Below, piece by piece: positions 48,495 to 58,734 of a stretch of DNA of 64,000 nt. A program made the position numbers and the translations under genes. The DNA lies in the NCBI GenBank assembly GCA_029262295.1, contig JAJCZR010000050.1, forward strand, positions 8,411-72,410, given 5' to 3'. Under the pieces are notes generated by a model that made no database searches, was not told where the DNA came from, and was given only the letters and a program-made list of their open reading frames with translations. This DNA is from Deltaproteobacteria bacterium. GTDB taxonomy: Bacteria; Desulfobacterota_D; UBA1144; Nemesobacterales; Nemesobacteraceae. The first letter of the stretch is position 1. Each line of letters starts with the position of its first letter.

Positions 48495-49166
48495 TTACTT
48501 AATTCCCTCAACAATTATTCCTGCACCGTTAAAAACACGAGATTCGTTTTCAATTTTGGATAAATCAGGAAGATTACTTTTTCTAAATTCTGGAAAGTTT
48601 ATATTTCTAAAACCAGCATCATTAAATAATTTTTTCAAACTCCATTTATCGTACATCCACTTATGCTTATGGAAACCTGTAAATTTATAATAAAACCCCT
48701 TTAATCCACTTTCTTCTTTTTTGGGGCAAAACATTAACTCTTCATTAAGTTTGATTGCAGCTTCCCCACTTTCAATAAAATTCGTTTCAGAATTGAAATA
48801 TTTTTTAACAGTTGAGTGCAAATCAGGTAGTACAAGTCTAAGAGTTCCCCCTGGTTTTAATACCCGAATACACTCTTTTGTAAGATTTGTAGCATTTTCA
48901 TAATAAAGGTGTTCAAAAGTGTGAGAAGAGTATATTCCAAGAAAACTATTATTTGGAAATGGCAACTTTTTGTTTAAATTTAACCACATTACATTTTCAG
49001 GCCATTTGTTATTCATATCTACAAGCCCAAACTTATTAAAAAATCCGATCAACAATTTATATTTTGTCAATAAGACTTGAGGGGAAACATCAACATTCAA
49101 CCATTCTTCAGGAGCATCAATGCCACATCCCAAATTTAAGTATTTAGAATTTAAATTAGGTCTCAT
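48495..49166 (-). CDS. Class I SAM-dependent methyltransferase
   Basis: LNLGCG, YSSHTFEHL, RVLKPGG.LR.VLPD. Confidence 0.85.
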   Translation of the reverse strand: MRPNLNSKYLNLGCGIDAPEEWLNVDVSPQVLLTKYKLLIGFFNKFGLVDMNNKWPENVMWLNLNKKLPFPNNSFLGIYSSHTFEHLYYENATNLTKECIRVLKPGGTLRLVLPDLHSTVKKYFNSETNFIESGEAAIKLNEELMFCPKKEESGLKGFYYKFTGFHKHKWMYDKWSLKKLFNDAGFRNINFPEFRKSNLPDLSKIENESRVFNGAGIIVEGIK

Positions 49167-49180
49167 AATTTATAATATTT

Positions 49181-49825
49181 CTAAATTTTTCTAGTAACAA
49201 TTAACATGGACTTCCACAAGTATGGTAATCTTCCACAACCTATAAAATCAATTATTTCAAAAGATTCTTCTATTAATAAACTTGCAAGAGTGGATTTAGA
49301 GAAAAACTTTATATGTCCACCTTCCCAACTCGGATTAAAATGTTTGTCGTGAAGCCCCAAAATAGAGATTAATAAATTTTTGATGTATCCATGATAAGGA
49401 GTAGAAATAATAAGATAACCTCCAGGTTTTAGCCATGAATTTATATTTTTTAAATATGTTCTGGGATTAAACAAATGTTCTATAACTTCAATTGATAAGG
49501 CAACATCATAAGGCTTTTGAGGCAAGCTTTGTGGTAGTTTGGAACATGATGCATCATGTTCCACAAATCTATCTTCTAATTTAGGATATTTGTCTTTTGA
49601 GATATCAATGCCACTTTTGGATACATCAAAACCCCAGATATTTTCATATCCGTTCTTATATAGCCAATTTAAAAGAAATCCCCCTCCACAACCACAATCA
49701 ATAATACTTAAAGATTTTTCAGGTAAATATTTATCAAAAGAAGAAACAACCTCTTTTACTACATAATCAGGGGATAGATTATGAGATGAATTCCAATTGT
49801 AATCAGTAATATTTTTATTTTTCAA
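49181..49825 (-). CDS. Class I SAM-dependent methyltransferase (UbiG-like)
   Basis: IDCGCGGG, EVIEHL..P, LKPGG.LIISTPYHGY. Confidence 0.85.
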   Translation of the reverse strand: MKNKNITDYNWNSSHNLSPDYVVKEVVSSFDKYLPEKSLSIIDCGCGGGFLLNWLYKNGYENIWGFDVSKSGIDISKDKYPKLEDRFVEHDASCSKLPQSLPQKPYDVALSIEVIEHLFNPRTYLKNINSWLKPGGYLIISTPYHGYIKNLLISILGLHDKHFNPSWEGGHIKFFSKSTLASLLIEESFEIIDFIGCGRLPYLWKSMLIVTRKI

Positions 49826-49840
49826 TCTGATTTAAACTTA

Positions 49841-51355
49841 TTAATTAAATTTTATTGACGAAATATTCTTGCTAATCTGATTATTCTGATTGTATGTTTC
49901 TCTATACTTAAATTTTGGAAGTATTCTTCTATGCATAAATCTTCCTGCTGTTCGTGTTAAAATAAAAAATATTATAAAATTTAGTAATAAAGATCCAAGC
50001 AATTTTGCAATTTCACCTTCAAAAGCTGTAAAACAGTTTAGCAAAAATATGGAAGAAACACTAAAATATAAGTTGTAGGATGGGGAAACAAGTATAAAAC
50101 TTTTATACATTAAACCAACAAGAAATCCATATATCAAAGATAATATTAATATTCCATAAATACCGTAATCAATGTAAAATTCGGGAATATATCCTAAAGC
50201 TATTGATGCATTAAGTTCTTCTCCTGCAACCCAAAGGCCGGCATATTTTCTTACAAGCCAGGAATCACCTCCCAAACTTGGTTTGTCGGGAAATAAAATC
50301 CGTGGTTTAAAAACATGCTCTAATGCTCTCTTTGTTAATGCACCATCTTCATGAGAAATATCTCTGGGTACTCTTTCAACAACGTATGAAAAATATCCTA
50401 AACCTGATGAAAGTCTGGAAGAAAGAGATTCCAGGTTATCTTCAAAATCAAAATTTGAATGAGCGGATTTTAAATGCCCATAGAACTGACCTGCTTTCTC
50501 TAAAGGGGTTCCTGTAACTTCACCCCTCCCAATTGATTTTCTCCAATCACCTTTTATTCCGCCTTCCCAGTAAAGTGCAAAGAAAAACAAACTTACCAAA
50601 ACCACTATAAAAGAAAGAATAATTATTTTGTTTCTTTTTTTTGCCAGCCTTGAATATTGAACAGGTTTAATTTCACTGGCAATTATAATAATGATTATAA
50701 AAAAAATGTATTTAAAATCAGAGAAAAAAGATGCAAAGCTTGGAATTAGTACAAATGCAAAAGCTATAATTCCGTATTTATAACCACGTCTTTGCTGTAG
50801 GATTTCAAGAAACAGTAAGAATACCAATACATTCTTAAACGAAAGTGCAAATATAATAAACTGTGAAGCTCTTGATGATATTGAGGTAGGGTTTACACCC
50901 ACAAAAAGATTTAAAATATTTGTAATTATTACAACCCAAAACAGTACCGGAATATAATACTGAACCTTTTCAATTTTAATTTTTCTATTACGTACTATAG
51001 CTTTATTAAAAAATGAAAAGGCAAATCTTATCCCAATGAAAACAAAAATTAGTCCAATAACAGAAAAGAAAACAGCTTTATCTATATTTCTTACAAAAAT
51101 TAGCTGAGGGTAGTAATCGTATACTAAATAAAAAATGTAACCGGTTATAACAAATGCAAACTGATAGATAAAACAAAATGGAAATACCGGCATTTCGTTT
51201 TGATCCCAAAGAAAACCAACACACGCTATAATAGCAAAAAAGGAAAAACCAAGAAGCATAGAGGAAAAAATTGCAGAAAGTATTGCGCCTGAAATAAGAC
51301 CAAATAATAACAATATTTTCGCAAATGGATATCTACTTTTTAGATTATAATACAT
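49841..51355 (-). CDS. Polytopic membrane protein, putative Wzy-like polymerase
   Basis: About 10 hydrophobic segments, large loop with PR.LFP.KP, E.Y.D.G..G pattern; inside glycan locus. Confidence 0.6.
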   Translation of the reverse strand: MYYNLKSRYPFAKILLLFGLISGAILSAIFSSMLLGFSFFAIIACVGFLWDQNEMPVFPFCFIYQFAFVITGYIFYLVYDYYPQLIFVRNIDKAVFFSVIGLIFVFIGIRFAFSFFNKAIVRNRKIKIEKVQYYIPVLFWVVIITNILNLFVGVNPTSISSRASQFIIFALSFKNVLVFLLFLEILQQRRGYKYGIIAFAFVLIPSFASFFSDFKYIFFIIIIIIASEIKPVQYSRLAKKRNKIIILSFIVVLVSLFFFALYWEGGIKGDWRKSIGRGEVTGTPLEKAGQFYGHLKSAHSNFDFEDNLESLSSRLSSGLGYFSYVVERVPRDISHEDGALTKRALEHVFKPRILFPDKPSLGGDSWLVRKYAGLWVAGEELNASIALGYIPEFYIDYGIYGILILSLIYGFLVGLMYKSFILVSPSYNLYFSVSSIFLLNCFTAFEGEIAKLLGSLLLNFIIFFILTRTAGRFMHRRILPKFKYRETYNQNNQISKNISSIKFN

Positions 51356-51359
51356 TTGC

Positions 51360-52088
51360 CTATTTTACCGTCTCTATATAGAGTGAACCTGGTTTGTATT
51401 CTTTACCATTTTCATCAACTTCCAGGGAATAAGAGTTCCAATCGGGAATATTACTATTATTAAAATCCTTTAATTCAATTGAATCAAAACCCAGTTTTTC
51501 CAAAATATTCCTCAGATTAAACCTATCGTACATCCACTGATGAGTTTCTCCCCTTTTTCTCGCATCTCCCAGTAGCATTCTTTCAATTGTTTTCCTGAAA
51601 ATATTTTGTTTCTCAGTACCATGGGCATCTCTTCTTACCGATTGCTCAAGAATATTTGAAATATATTGATCGTGACTATCAATTTCTTGAATATTTTTTT
51701 CGCATATATCTATATGTGAAATATATTCCCTGCAAAGATTTTCCATATCAGGAACTACTATTCTCAGTATACCGCCAGGTTTTAATACCCTTTTAATCTC
51801 AAGAAGAAATGTATCAACAAAATTTCTGTCAATATGTTCCAGAACATGTGAATGGTAGACTGCATCAACTGTCCCGGATTCAAAAGGAATTCCCTTTCTA
51901 AGGTCATGAACTAAAATGTTTTGTGATAAAGATTTATACCTCTCAAATCTCTCACCTTTAAGAAAAATCGGGGCGAAAAAACTGAGAATTGGATTTTTTC
52001 TTATTCGTAAATATGCAGACCAATCAATATTGATAACATTCTTGTTTTTTGAAGTTTTAGTACCGCACCCAAGATTTAATATTGTCAT
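51360..52088 (-). CDS. Class I SAM-dependent methyltransferase
   Basis: LNLGCG, YHSHVLEH, RVLKPGG.LRIVVPD, H.WMYD; paralogue of 48495-49166. Confidence 0.85.
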   Translation of the reverse strand: MTILNLGCGTKTSKNKNVINIDWSAYLRIRKNPILSFFAPIFLKGERFERYKSLSQNILVHDLRKGIPFESGTVDAVYHSHVLEHIDRNFVDTFLLEIKRVLKPGGILRIVVPDMENLCREYISHIDICEKNIQEIDSHDQYISNILEQSVRRDAHGTEKQNIFRKTIERMLLGDARKRGETHQWMYDRFNLRNILEKLGFDSIELKDFNNSNIPDWNSYSLEVDENGKEYKPGSLYIETVK

Positions 52089-52096
52089 TTCAAATT

Positions 52097-53212
52097 TTAT
52101 AATAATTGTTCAATTTTTTTTGAGTTCTTTTCTATGTTGAAGAGCTGTTCAACTCTTGATCTTCCAGCCTCACCCATTTTTTTTGCGAGCTGCGAATTAT
52201 TTACTATTTCAATTATACGGTCTCTTATTTGTTCAGGGCTGTTTTTTTCAACCAGATATCCAGTTTCCCCATCAACAACTATTTCTTTTATTGCACCAGA
52301 ATTTGCAGCAATTACAGGTACTTTACATGCCATTGCCTCAATATTCACAAGACCAAATCCTTCTTCAATTACTGATGGAACTACTAAAACATTTAAGGAA
52401 GAATATATTTTTTCAATTTCATCAATCCAACCTGCAAACTGAAAATATTTTGAAATATTTAATTGGTTTAAATAATCCATAAGGATCATATGATCCGAAT
52501 TAATTTTCCCAGACATTAAAAACAAAAAGTTTTTATCTTTGGATAAGAGTAAATTTGCGGCATCCACAAAATCAAAGATACCCTTTTCTCTATAAAACTG
52601 ACCCACATATCCGACTGTAAATTTATTACTATTTTTATTAGCATTAATCTTTCCAAATTTTTCAATATCAATTCCATTATAAATAATAACAACTTTGTTG
52701 TTACTAATACCCACTTCAACAAGTTTGTCTTTAACAAAATGTGAAACCGCAATAATCTTAAAAGATATTTTTTCGATAATATAATAAAAGAAATTGTTGA
52801 AAGACTTTAAGTTTGTTGGGATGTTGTGAAAGTAAAACAATATTTTTGTATTGAAAAAGTATTTGAGTAATAAGAAAACTAAAGTTGCATTTATTATTGG
52901 ATGCGTATTTAGAATTAGCACAGAACTGCATCTATTTTTAAAATATGCTGAAAGAATTTTTAAATACAGAATTGGTATTTGAAAAAATGTAATGAATGTC
53001 CAGATTAAATTTGCCCTTCCAATATAGCCTGTCGGTACATATTCAAAATTGAATTTATTTTCATTCAACAATTTACTAACACTGCCATCTTCATATTTTG
53101 AAATTAGAAAATAGGGTTCAATATCTTTCATAAATTTAAAAGACTCAACTGTCTGTTTTTCAAGGCCAAAAGCAGAAGCTCCCATACCTATTACTAAAAT
53201 TTTGTTTTTCAT
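52097..53212 (-). CDS. GT4 glycosyltransferase
   Basis: IYNGID, EKG, EGFGLVNIEAMAC.VPV. Confidence 0.9.
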   Translation of the reverse strand: MKNKILVIGMGASAFGLEKQTVESFKFMKDIEPYFLISKYEDGSVSKLLNENKFNFEYVPTGYIGRANLIWTFITFFQIPILYLKILSAYFKNRCSSVLILNTHPIINATLVFLLLKYFFNTKILFYFHNIPTNLKSFNNFFYYIIEKISFKIIAVSHFVKDKLVEVGISNNKVVIIYNGIDIEKFGKINANKNSNKFTVGYVGQFYREKGIFDFVDAANLLLSKDKNFLFLMSGKINSDHMILMDYLNQLNISKYFQFAGWIDEIEKIYSSLNVLVVPSVIEEGFGLVNIEAMACKVPVIAANSGAIKEIVVDGETGYLVEKNSPEQIRDRIIEIVNNSQLAKKMGEAGRSRVEQLFNIEKNSKKIEQLL

Positions 53213-54105
53213 TCTAAAATTTGTATTAAAATGTTAAGTCTTGCAGTAATTTGTCTGCAAACATAACCTGAATTGCCATAACCTGAAATTTCAACTGTAT
53301 AACCACATTCATTAAGTCTTTTTACAAGACTCTCTCCCCCTGAATTCAGATAATCATGTATTTCCATTGATATAGCCGCTGGTCTTAATTCACTTTCCAA
53401 AAGTTGATCTACAACTTTGTATTCAGCGCCTTCAATATCAAGTTTTAACCAGGTTTTAGACATATCCCAATTTGATGGTATTAAATTCAATATAGAGTCT
53501 GTTATCACCTCAACTTTCTCTGTTGAACTTCCAAATCCGGGAGATGTTTCCAATTGACTGTTATTTGAAGAAAAAATCTCGAATATTGCTTTTCCTTTAA
53601 CATCACTTATAGCTAATTCATGAATAGTAATATCAATAGCATCTTTTAATCCCAACAAGTTATTTTCAAGCAAGGGAATATTCTCTGGGTTAGGTTCTAC
53701 TGCAACTATTTCTTTTAAATTAGGTAAGTACGAATTCGAAATTGTAAAAAATCCAATATTTGCTCCGCCATCAAATAAATGTTTTATCTCACCTTTAGGC
53801 ACTACATACATATTTGAATCTAAACATTCATATATACTTTGATAATCAGCGTTATTGTTCAGTCTGAATCTGACTTCAATTTTTTTAGAAGGAATTGAGG
53901 AATTCATAGATAATTTGCAAATCTCATTGCTTGATGAAATATTGATTATTTGTTTTAATAAATAGCGTAAATATACCCACTTTATTGGATCAGCCTGATT
54001 TAATATCCCAATAGTGAAAAGAACTATTTTATCTTTGATTCCATATCCATTTTTAGATACTGCATAAGATCTTTTTAAAGAAGTGATTTTGGTTGTGATT
54101 TTCAT
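53209..54105 (-). CDS. FkbM-family methyltransferase
   Basis: DGGANIG, VEPNP.N, LKLDIEGAEY. Confidence 0.85.
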   Translation of the reverse strand: MKITTKITSLKRSYAVSKNGYGIKDKIVLFTIGILNQADPIKWVYLRYLLKQIINISSSNEICKLSMNSSIPSKKIEVRFRLNNNADYQSIYECLDSNMYVVPKGEIKHLFDGGANIGFFTISNSYLPNLKEIVAVEPNPENIPLLENNLLGLKDAIDITIHELAISDVKGKAIFEIFSSNNSQLETSPGFGSSTEKVEVITDSILNLIPSNWDMSKTWLKLDIEGAEYKVVDQLLESELRPAAISMEIHDYLNSGGESLVKRLNECGYTVEISGYGNSGYVCRQITARLNILIQILE

Positions 54106-55298
54106 AAAAGTTTTCGGTGAGATTTTGCAATGGCGCTGAAAAGATTCTCAGATGCATTTTCAATATTATATATCGACATTACCTCTGATATATTATTTTG
54201 AATATCATTTTTTTGACTAGTTAATATTTCTTTTATTTTTAATATGCATTGAGCTAATGAAGAAGTTTGAGAATTGGGGTAAATAAAACCCGTTTTTCCA
54301 TTAATAATTAAATCAGGAGCACAACCAACGTTATCACTAACTATTGCTGGTATTCCACAGGCCATAGCTTCATTTACAACTAATCCCCATGTTTCACGTC
54401 CATCCGAAGGCAAGGCTAAAACGTCTGATGCAGTGTAGTAACATGGTAATTCTGTCTGGTTTATAAACCCTGCAAAATGAATTCTATCTTTATATTTAAA
54501 GTTTTGATCTTCAAGACTATGTTTTAACGGGCCATCACCAACTATTAATAGATGAATATTAATTTCGGGATTTGAGTCAAAAATCAGAATACAGGCATTT
54601 ATTAAATCATCTGGTCTTTTTTTATCAATTAACTTCCCAACAAATAGAATTACAAACGAATTTTCAGGGATATTATGAGATTTTCTAATTACTTTGTTTA
54701 TATTCCTTTCTCTACAGTTTTGTGATTTTTCAGAAAAAAATTGATTATCCACAAATTGTGGTACAAAAAATAGCTTTTTTTCAGACACTCCGTAATAAAT
54801 TAAATATTCCTTGTTAAGCTTTCCCACATATAAATGATTAAACATATGGAGAAAAATTCTAAAAGGGATATATTTCAATAATCTTTTTAAAAATGAACGT
54901 TCAGTTAAAAGATGTGAATCACCTCTCATAAAAACAGGTATGCCATTTTTTTTACAAGCATAGGTTGCCTGAATTGCACTTTTGTAATTCCAGCCAATTA
55001 TTAAAAAAGCATCAAATTTTTTATTTTCAATGATTTTATAGATTTCAGGAGTATCAGATCCAAAAAATGAATTAACATCCGGATTTTTTGATACATTCTC
55101 GAGCCATCTGTATTTATAACCTTCAAGCAGATTAGTATCCCATTCAAACTCCACTCCAAATCCTGCGTCAGCCTGACCTTTAGCTGTTTGCTTTACTGTA
55201 TAAAAAACTTCAAGATCAAGCTTTTTATCAAGGTGCTTAAACCAGGGTGAATAGTACTGAACCGGATGGGTAATTAAAATTCCAATCTTATAGGACAT
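54102..55298 (-). CDS. GT4 glycosyltransferase
   Basis: THPVQY, FVGKL..KK.P.DL, ETWGLVVNEAMACG. Confidence 0.9.
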   Translation of the reverse strand: MSYKIGILITHPVQYYSPWFKHLDKKLDLEVFYTVKQTAKGQADAGFGVEFEWDTNLLEGYKYRWLENVSKNPDVNSFFGSDTPEIYKIIENKKFDAFLIIGWNYKSAIQATYACKKNGIPVFMRGDSHLLTERSFLKRLLKYIPFRIFLHMFNHLYVGKLNKEYLIYYGVSEKKLFFVPQFVDNQFFSEKSQNCRERNINKVIRKSHNIPENSFVILFVGKLIDKKRPDDLINACILIFDSNPEINIHLLIVGDGPLKHSLEDQNFKYKDRIHFAGFINQTELPCYYTASDVLALPSDGRETWGLVVNEAMACGIPAIVSDNVGCAPDLIINGKTGFIYPNSQTSSLAQCILKIKEILTSQKNDIQNNISEVMSIYNIENASENLFSAIAKSHRKLL

Positions 55299-55318
55299 TT
55301 TTTAGGCACTTATTTTTG

Positions 55319-56602
55319 TTATAAAACCTGATCAAACAATTGACATTGTTTTTTTGTTAATTCTTTCGAAGTATATTTTTTAAAGTTCTGCCAGTTAGTT
55401 GATGGAATAAAGGGAAGTTTTTCTAACAATTCTTTCCATTTTGAAAAAAGATCATCTGAGTAATGACTAAGATCAGAATTTGGAGTAAATGGAATATATT
55501 CTCCACAATTTAGTACCCTGATTATCTCAATTACCGGGCTGTCTTTATGAAAAACCGAGATCATTGGTTTTTTTGACATTATATAGGGATATATCTTTGA
55601 AGCACTGTAACGGGCTTCATCCGATCCCGGAACAATAAGAAAATCACTATCCTTTAGGATTTGCAGTGACTCAAAGTAGGCAATTCTTTCTGTATGTTCT
55701 TCGACATAATCAGAAACTCCAAATTTTTCAGCAACCGGTTCGACTGTTTTTTTTGCAAGATGAGTAGGTGCATAGTCCGTACCAATAAAATAAAGTTTAA
55801 TCTTTTTAAAAATCTCAGGTGATTTTTCTAAACCAATTTTAAGTGACTTAAAAATAATACTAAGTGAAGATTCCATATCACTGCCTGCCCTTCCAATATA
55901 AACACCGACTATTTGATCTTTGTTTTTAGAGAAAAATCTGTTTTTATGAGAATTTTTTTCAAGCACATCAAAATCTATATCTGAAGCACCGAAAGTTATG
56001 GTTTTAGTTGGTTTATAATCAAGGGTTTTATAACGTTTTTTTAAAGTGTCTATATAAGCATCTGAAACTGATATCACCCCACCTACCCTTTTCATTGTCC
56101 ATGCTTCAAGGTGCTTATGGATCTGCCTGTCAATTTTATATTTCCAGCTAATATTAAAGTTTCTATTATAGTCCGTATCACTAAACCATGGATCCTGCAT
56201 ATCAATTACATAGGGGACATTTACTTTTTTCTTCCATAATCTTCCAAGAAACAAAACATGAAAAGAAGTAGTAGTAAAAAAAACCAAAGAAATATTCTTT
56301 TCTCTAATTATCTCCAACCCCTTTTTGTAAAGATATGGAATAGCTCTTATTCCCGGATTATTTAACCCAAAAAAACTTTTATTATTGGATGAAAGTGCTT
56401 TTACTTTATGCACTTCAATATCATCAGGAAAAGTTTTTAATAGCAACTCATCTGAAACACCTTCAACATAATTTTGATCTATAGTCAGAACTATAGGCTC
56501 CCATCCAAACTCTTTATAAAAGGGCAAAGATAATCTCACTCTTTGCATATCAGCAGCGTTTAGAGGAGGAAAATAAGGGGAAATTATTAGAACTCTTTTC
56601 AT
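55319..56602 (-). CDS. GT-B fold glycosyltransferase (GT4-like)
   Basis: LIISPYFPP...DMQR.R, D.QDPW, SKIYPY. Confidence 0.75.
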   Translation of the reverse strand: MKRVLIISPYFPPLNAADMQRVRLSLPFYKEFGWEPIVLTIDQNYVEGVSDELLLKTFPDDIEVHKVKALSSNNKSFFGLNNPGIRAIPYLYKKGLEIIREKNISLVFFTTTSFHVLFLGRLWKKKVNVPYVIDMQDPWFSDTDYNRNFNISWKYKIDRQIHKHLEAWTMKRVGGVISVSDAYIDTLKKRYKTLDYKPTKTITFGASDIDFDVLEKNSHKNRFFSKNKDQIVGVYIGRAGSDMESSLSIIFKSLKIGLEKSPEIFKKIKLYFIGTDYAPTHLAKKTVEPVAEKFGVSDYVEEHTERIAYFESLQILKDSDFLIVPGSDEARYSASKIYPYIMSKKPMISVFHKDSPVIEIIRVLNCGEYIPFTPNSDLSHYSDDLFSKWKELLEKLPFIPSTNWQNFKKYTSKELTKKQCQLFDQVL

Positions 56603-56611
56603 GATTTGAGT

Positions 56612-57838
56612 TTAGATTAAGGCTCTCTCAATACAATCCAGAAACTTCTTTTTTTCTAAATCCCAATTGTATTTTGAAGTTCCATATTCCCATGATGATT
56701 TTCTTGCTTCTTCAAGTTCATTTCTATTTTCATACCAATATCCAATAATTGTAACAAGTGTTTTTATATCATGAGGCTTATAAGATTTTATGGTATTTGA
56801 AGCAACTTTGGTTATATCTTCCTGTCCTTTAGTATTGGTTGCAATTATTGCATTTCCGGCAAGGAAATAAGTGAATATTTTATTAGACAAAGCAATCGAA
56901 TTGTTGAAATCTCTTCCCGGTTCAAGTGCTAAACCTATATCAAAATTTGATGCAAATTTAATAATCTCGTTTGGTTCAATGGGTGAATGAAAAATTAATT
57001 TAATTGGACTTAAGTTATTATTTTTACAAAGTTCCAATAGACTTTTTTTATACTCATCACTACAATTACCTAACAAATGAAACTCAATGTCTGGTTTGTT
57101 CAAAACACCTAAAGCTTCAACTATATCTTCCAAACCCCTGCCCTGCCCTATTGTTTGTGAAAACCAAAATAGCTTCAATGGTTGATTCTTTTGGTGTTCC
57201 CTAAATTTTGGTGGTCTTAATGATAAAGGAAATACATTTAATATCGTTTCAGGAGTATCTAATTTATACTTTTTGGAATACTCCTGCGAAATCCTGTATG
57301 AGGCAGTAGTTATATAGTCGCACTTATTTAAATACATGCCCTCAAAATCTTCAGCCAACTTATTATCAACAGAATAAACATCATTTTCGAAACCCATGCC
57401 CGAATGAAAATCTTCAGCATCAAAACCAGCTTTGCCTTTATTAAACCTTGCTGCTTCTACAACAGCAGGTAAAGCTCCAAGATTATGTCCTATGTAAAGA
57501 TCAGCTTTGAATTTTCTGGCTGCACTAATTAAATCAGGAGTAGTTCTACTTAATGCTTTTTCTCTCAAAAATTTAATATTTCTTATATATGCTTCTCTTA
57601 CCAATCGGAAACGAAATCTGGAATAGCTGTATTTTATTGACGGAGGCACGCCGCCTATGTATCGGCAGGCCCACTTTGCGTTCTTTAGTATCTCTTTATC
57701 AAATTCATAAGCCCAATCCGACCAATACGAACATAGTGCTGTAACTTCATAACCTTCTTCAGATAAGGCATCTGCTTCTTTAACTAATCTTGGATTTGTG
57801 GAAGGTTGGCCGGTTGAAATTAAACATATTTTTGGCAT
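56612..57838 (-). CDS. GT-B fold glycosyltransferase (GT4-like)
   Basis: NPRLVKEA, FDAED.H, RGLE, DIGLALE, NKIFTY. Confidence 0.75.
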   Translation of the reverse strand: MPKICLISTGQPSTNPRLVKEADALSEEGYEVTALCSYWSDWAYEFDKEILKNAKWACRYIGGVPPSIKYSYSRFRFRLVREAYIRNIKFLREKALSRTTPDLISAARKFKADLYIGHNLGALPAVVEAARFNKGKAGFDAEDFHSGMGFENDVYSVDNKLAEDFEGMYLNKCDYITTASYRISQEYSKKYKLDTPETILNVFPLSLRPPKFREHQKNQPLKLFWFSQTIGQGRGLEDIVEALGVLNKPDIEFHLLGNCSDEYKKSLLELCKNNNLSPIKLIFHSPIEPNEIIKFASNFDIGLALEPGRDFNNSIALSNKIFTYFLAGNAIIATNTKGQEDITKVASNTIKSYKPHDIKTLVTIIGYWYENRNELEEARKSSWEYGTSKYNWDLEKKKFLDCIERALI

Positions 57839-57857
57839 TCAGTTTTGAAGAAAAACT

Positions 57858-58634
57858 TTAAGAGTATGCAAATATATGCATTTTTGAAAGTTTATTAAAT
57901 TCATCTTTATAAGGAACAAGTTTTTCATTATCCAGAAAAAATATTTTGTAGCCATGATTTTCAAGCTCATTTATTACATCAGAATTAAACTTTATGACAT
58001 CATTTTCATAATAAAACCCATGAACTTCAACTATAAGGGCTTTAACTTTTTTTTCAGATAAAAGGTTTTTCATGCCTTTCAAAACTTTTAATTCTGCCCC
58101 TTCTACGTCAATTTTTACAACATCGGGGTTAATTTGTTCAGCAAGACAGAATGAATCCAGACTCACAGCTTGCACTTCATAACCATCTGATATTTCATTA
58201 TTATCTATTCTTGAAATACCGGGGTTCTTTAGTGATTGACTTGGTTTAAAACTTACAGTTCCATCAATATCATAAACTGCTTTATCAACTAGATTTATTC
58301 TTGATTTCAGTTCATGATTCATATTTAAATTAAAATTAAATTCTTCATAATTTTTTTTATCCGGTTCAAATGAAAAAATCTTTATTGAATTATTACTATT
58401 AGAAACAGCAAGTGAAATCCAACCATAATTAGCACCTACATCTAAAAATACTTTATATTTTTTACAAATTTCTAAAAGTTTATCAATAACATTGTTTTCA
58501 TAATCATCAAAAAAATAAAGATAGAATCCAAGATTATCTCCAGGATTGACATTTATTTTTGTGCCAAAGTAATCAAATATTTCTTTCCCATTAAATAGGG
58601 AATATGCTAAATTGTTATACTTAGAATAAGGCAA
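57858..58634 (-). CDS. FkbM-family methyltransferase (start uncertain)
   Basis: DVGANYG, FEPD..N, KIDVEGAE..VL.G; frame stays open to 58724. Confidence 0.85.
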   Translation of the reverse strand: MPYSKYNNLAYSLFNGKEIFDYFGTKINVNPGDNLGFYLYFFDDYENNVIDKLLEICKKYKVFLDVGANYGWISLAVSNSNNSIKIFSFEPDKKNYEEFNFNLNMNHELKSRINLVDKAVYDIDGTVSFKPSQSLKNPGISRIDNNEISDGYEVQAVSLDSFCLAEQINPDVVKIDVEGAELKVLKGMKNLLSEKKVKALIVEVHGFYYENDVIKFNSDVINELENHGYKIFFLDNEKLVPYKDEFNKLSKMHIFAYS

Positions 58635-58734
58635 TTTATGGAGTTTGTTATGTAAATATGTGCTGTGATTAGAAAGAAATCGAACAATTCTCCTAAGAAT
58701 TAGATTAATTTTAAGTATTATAATTCAAATCCTT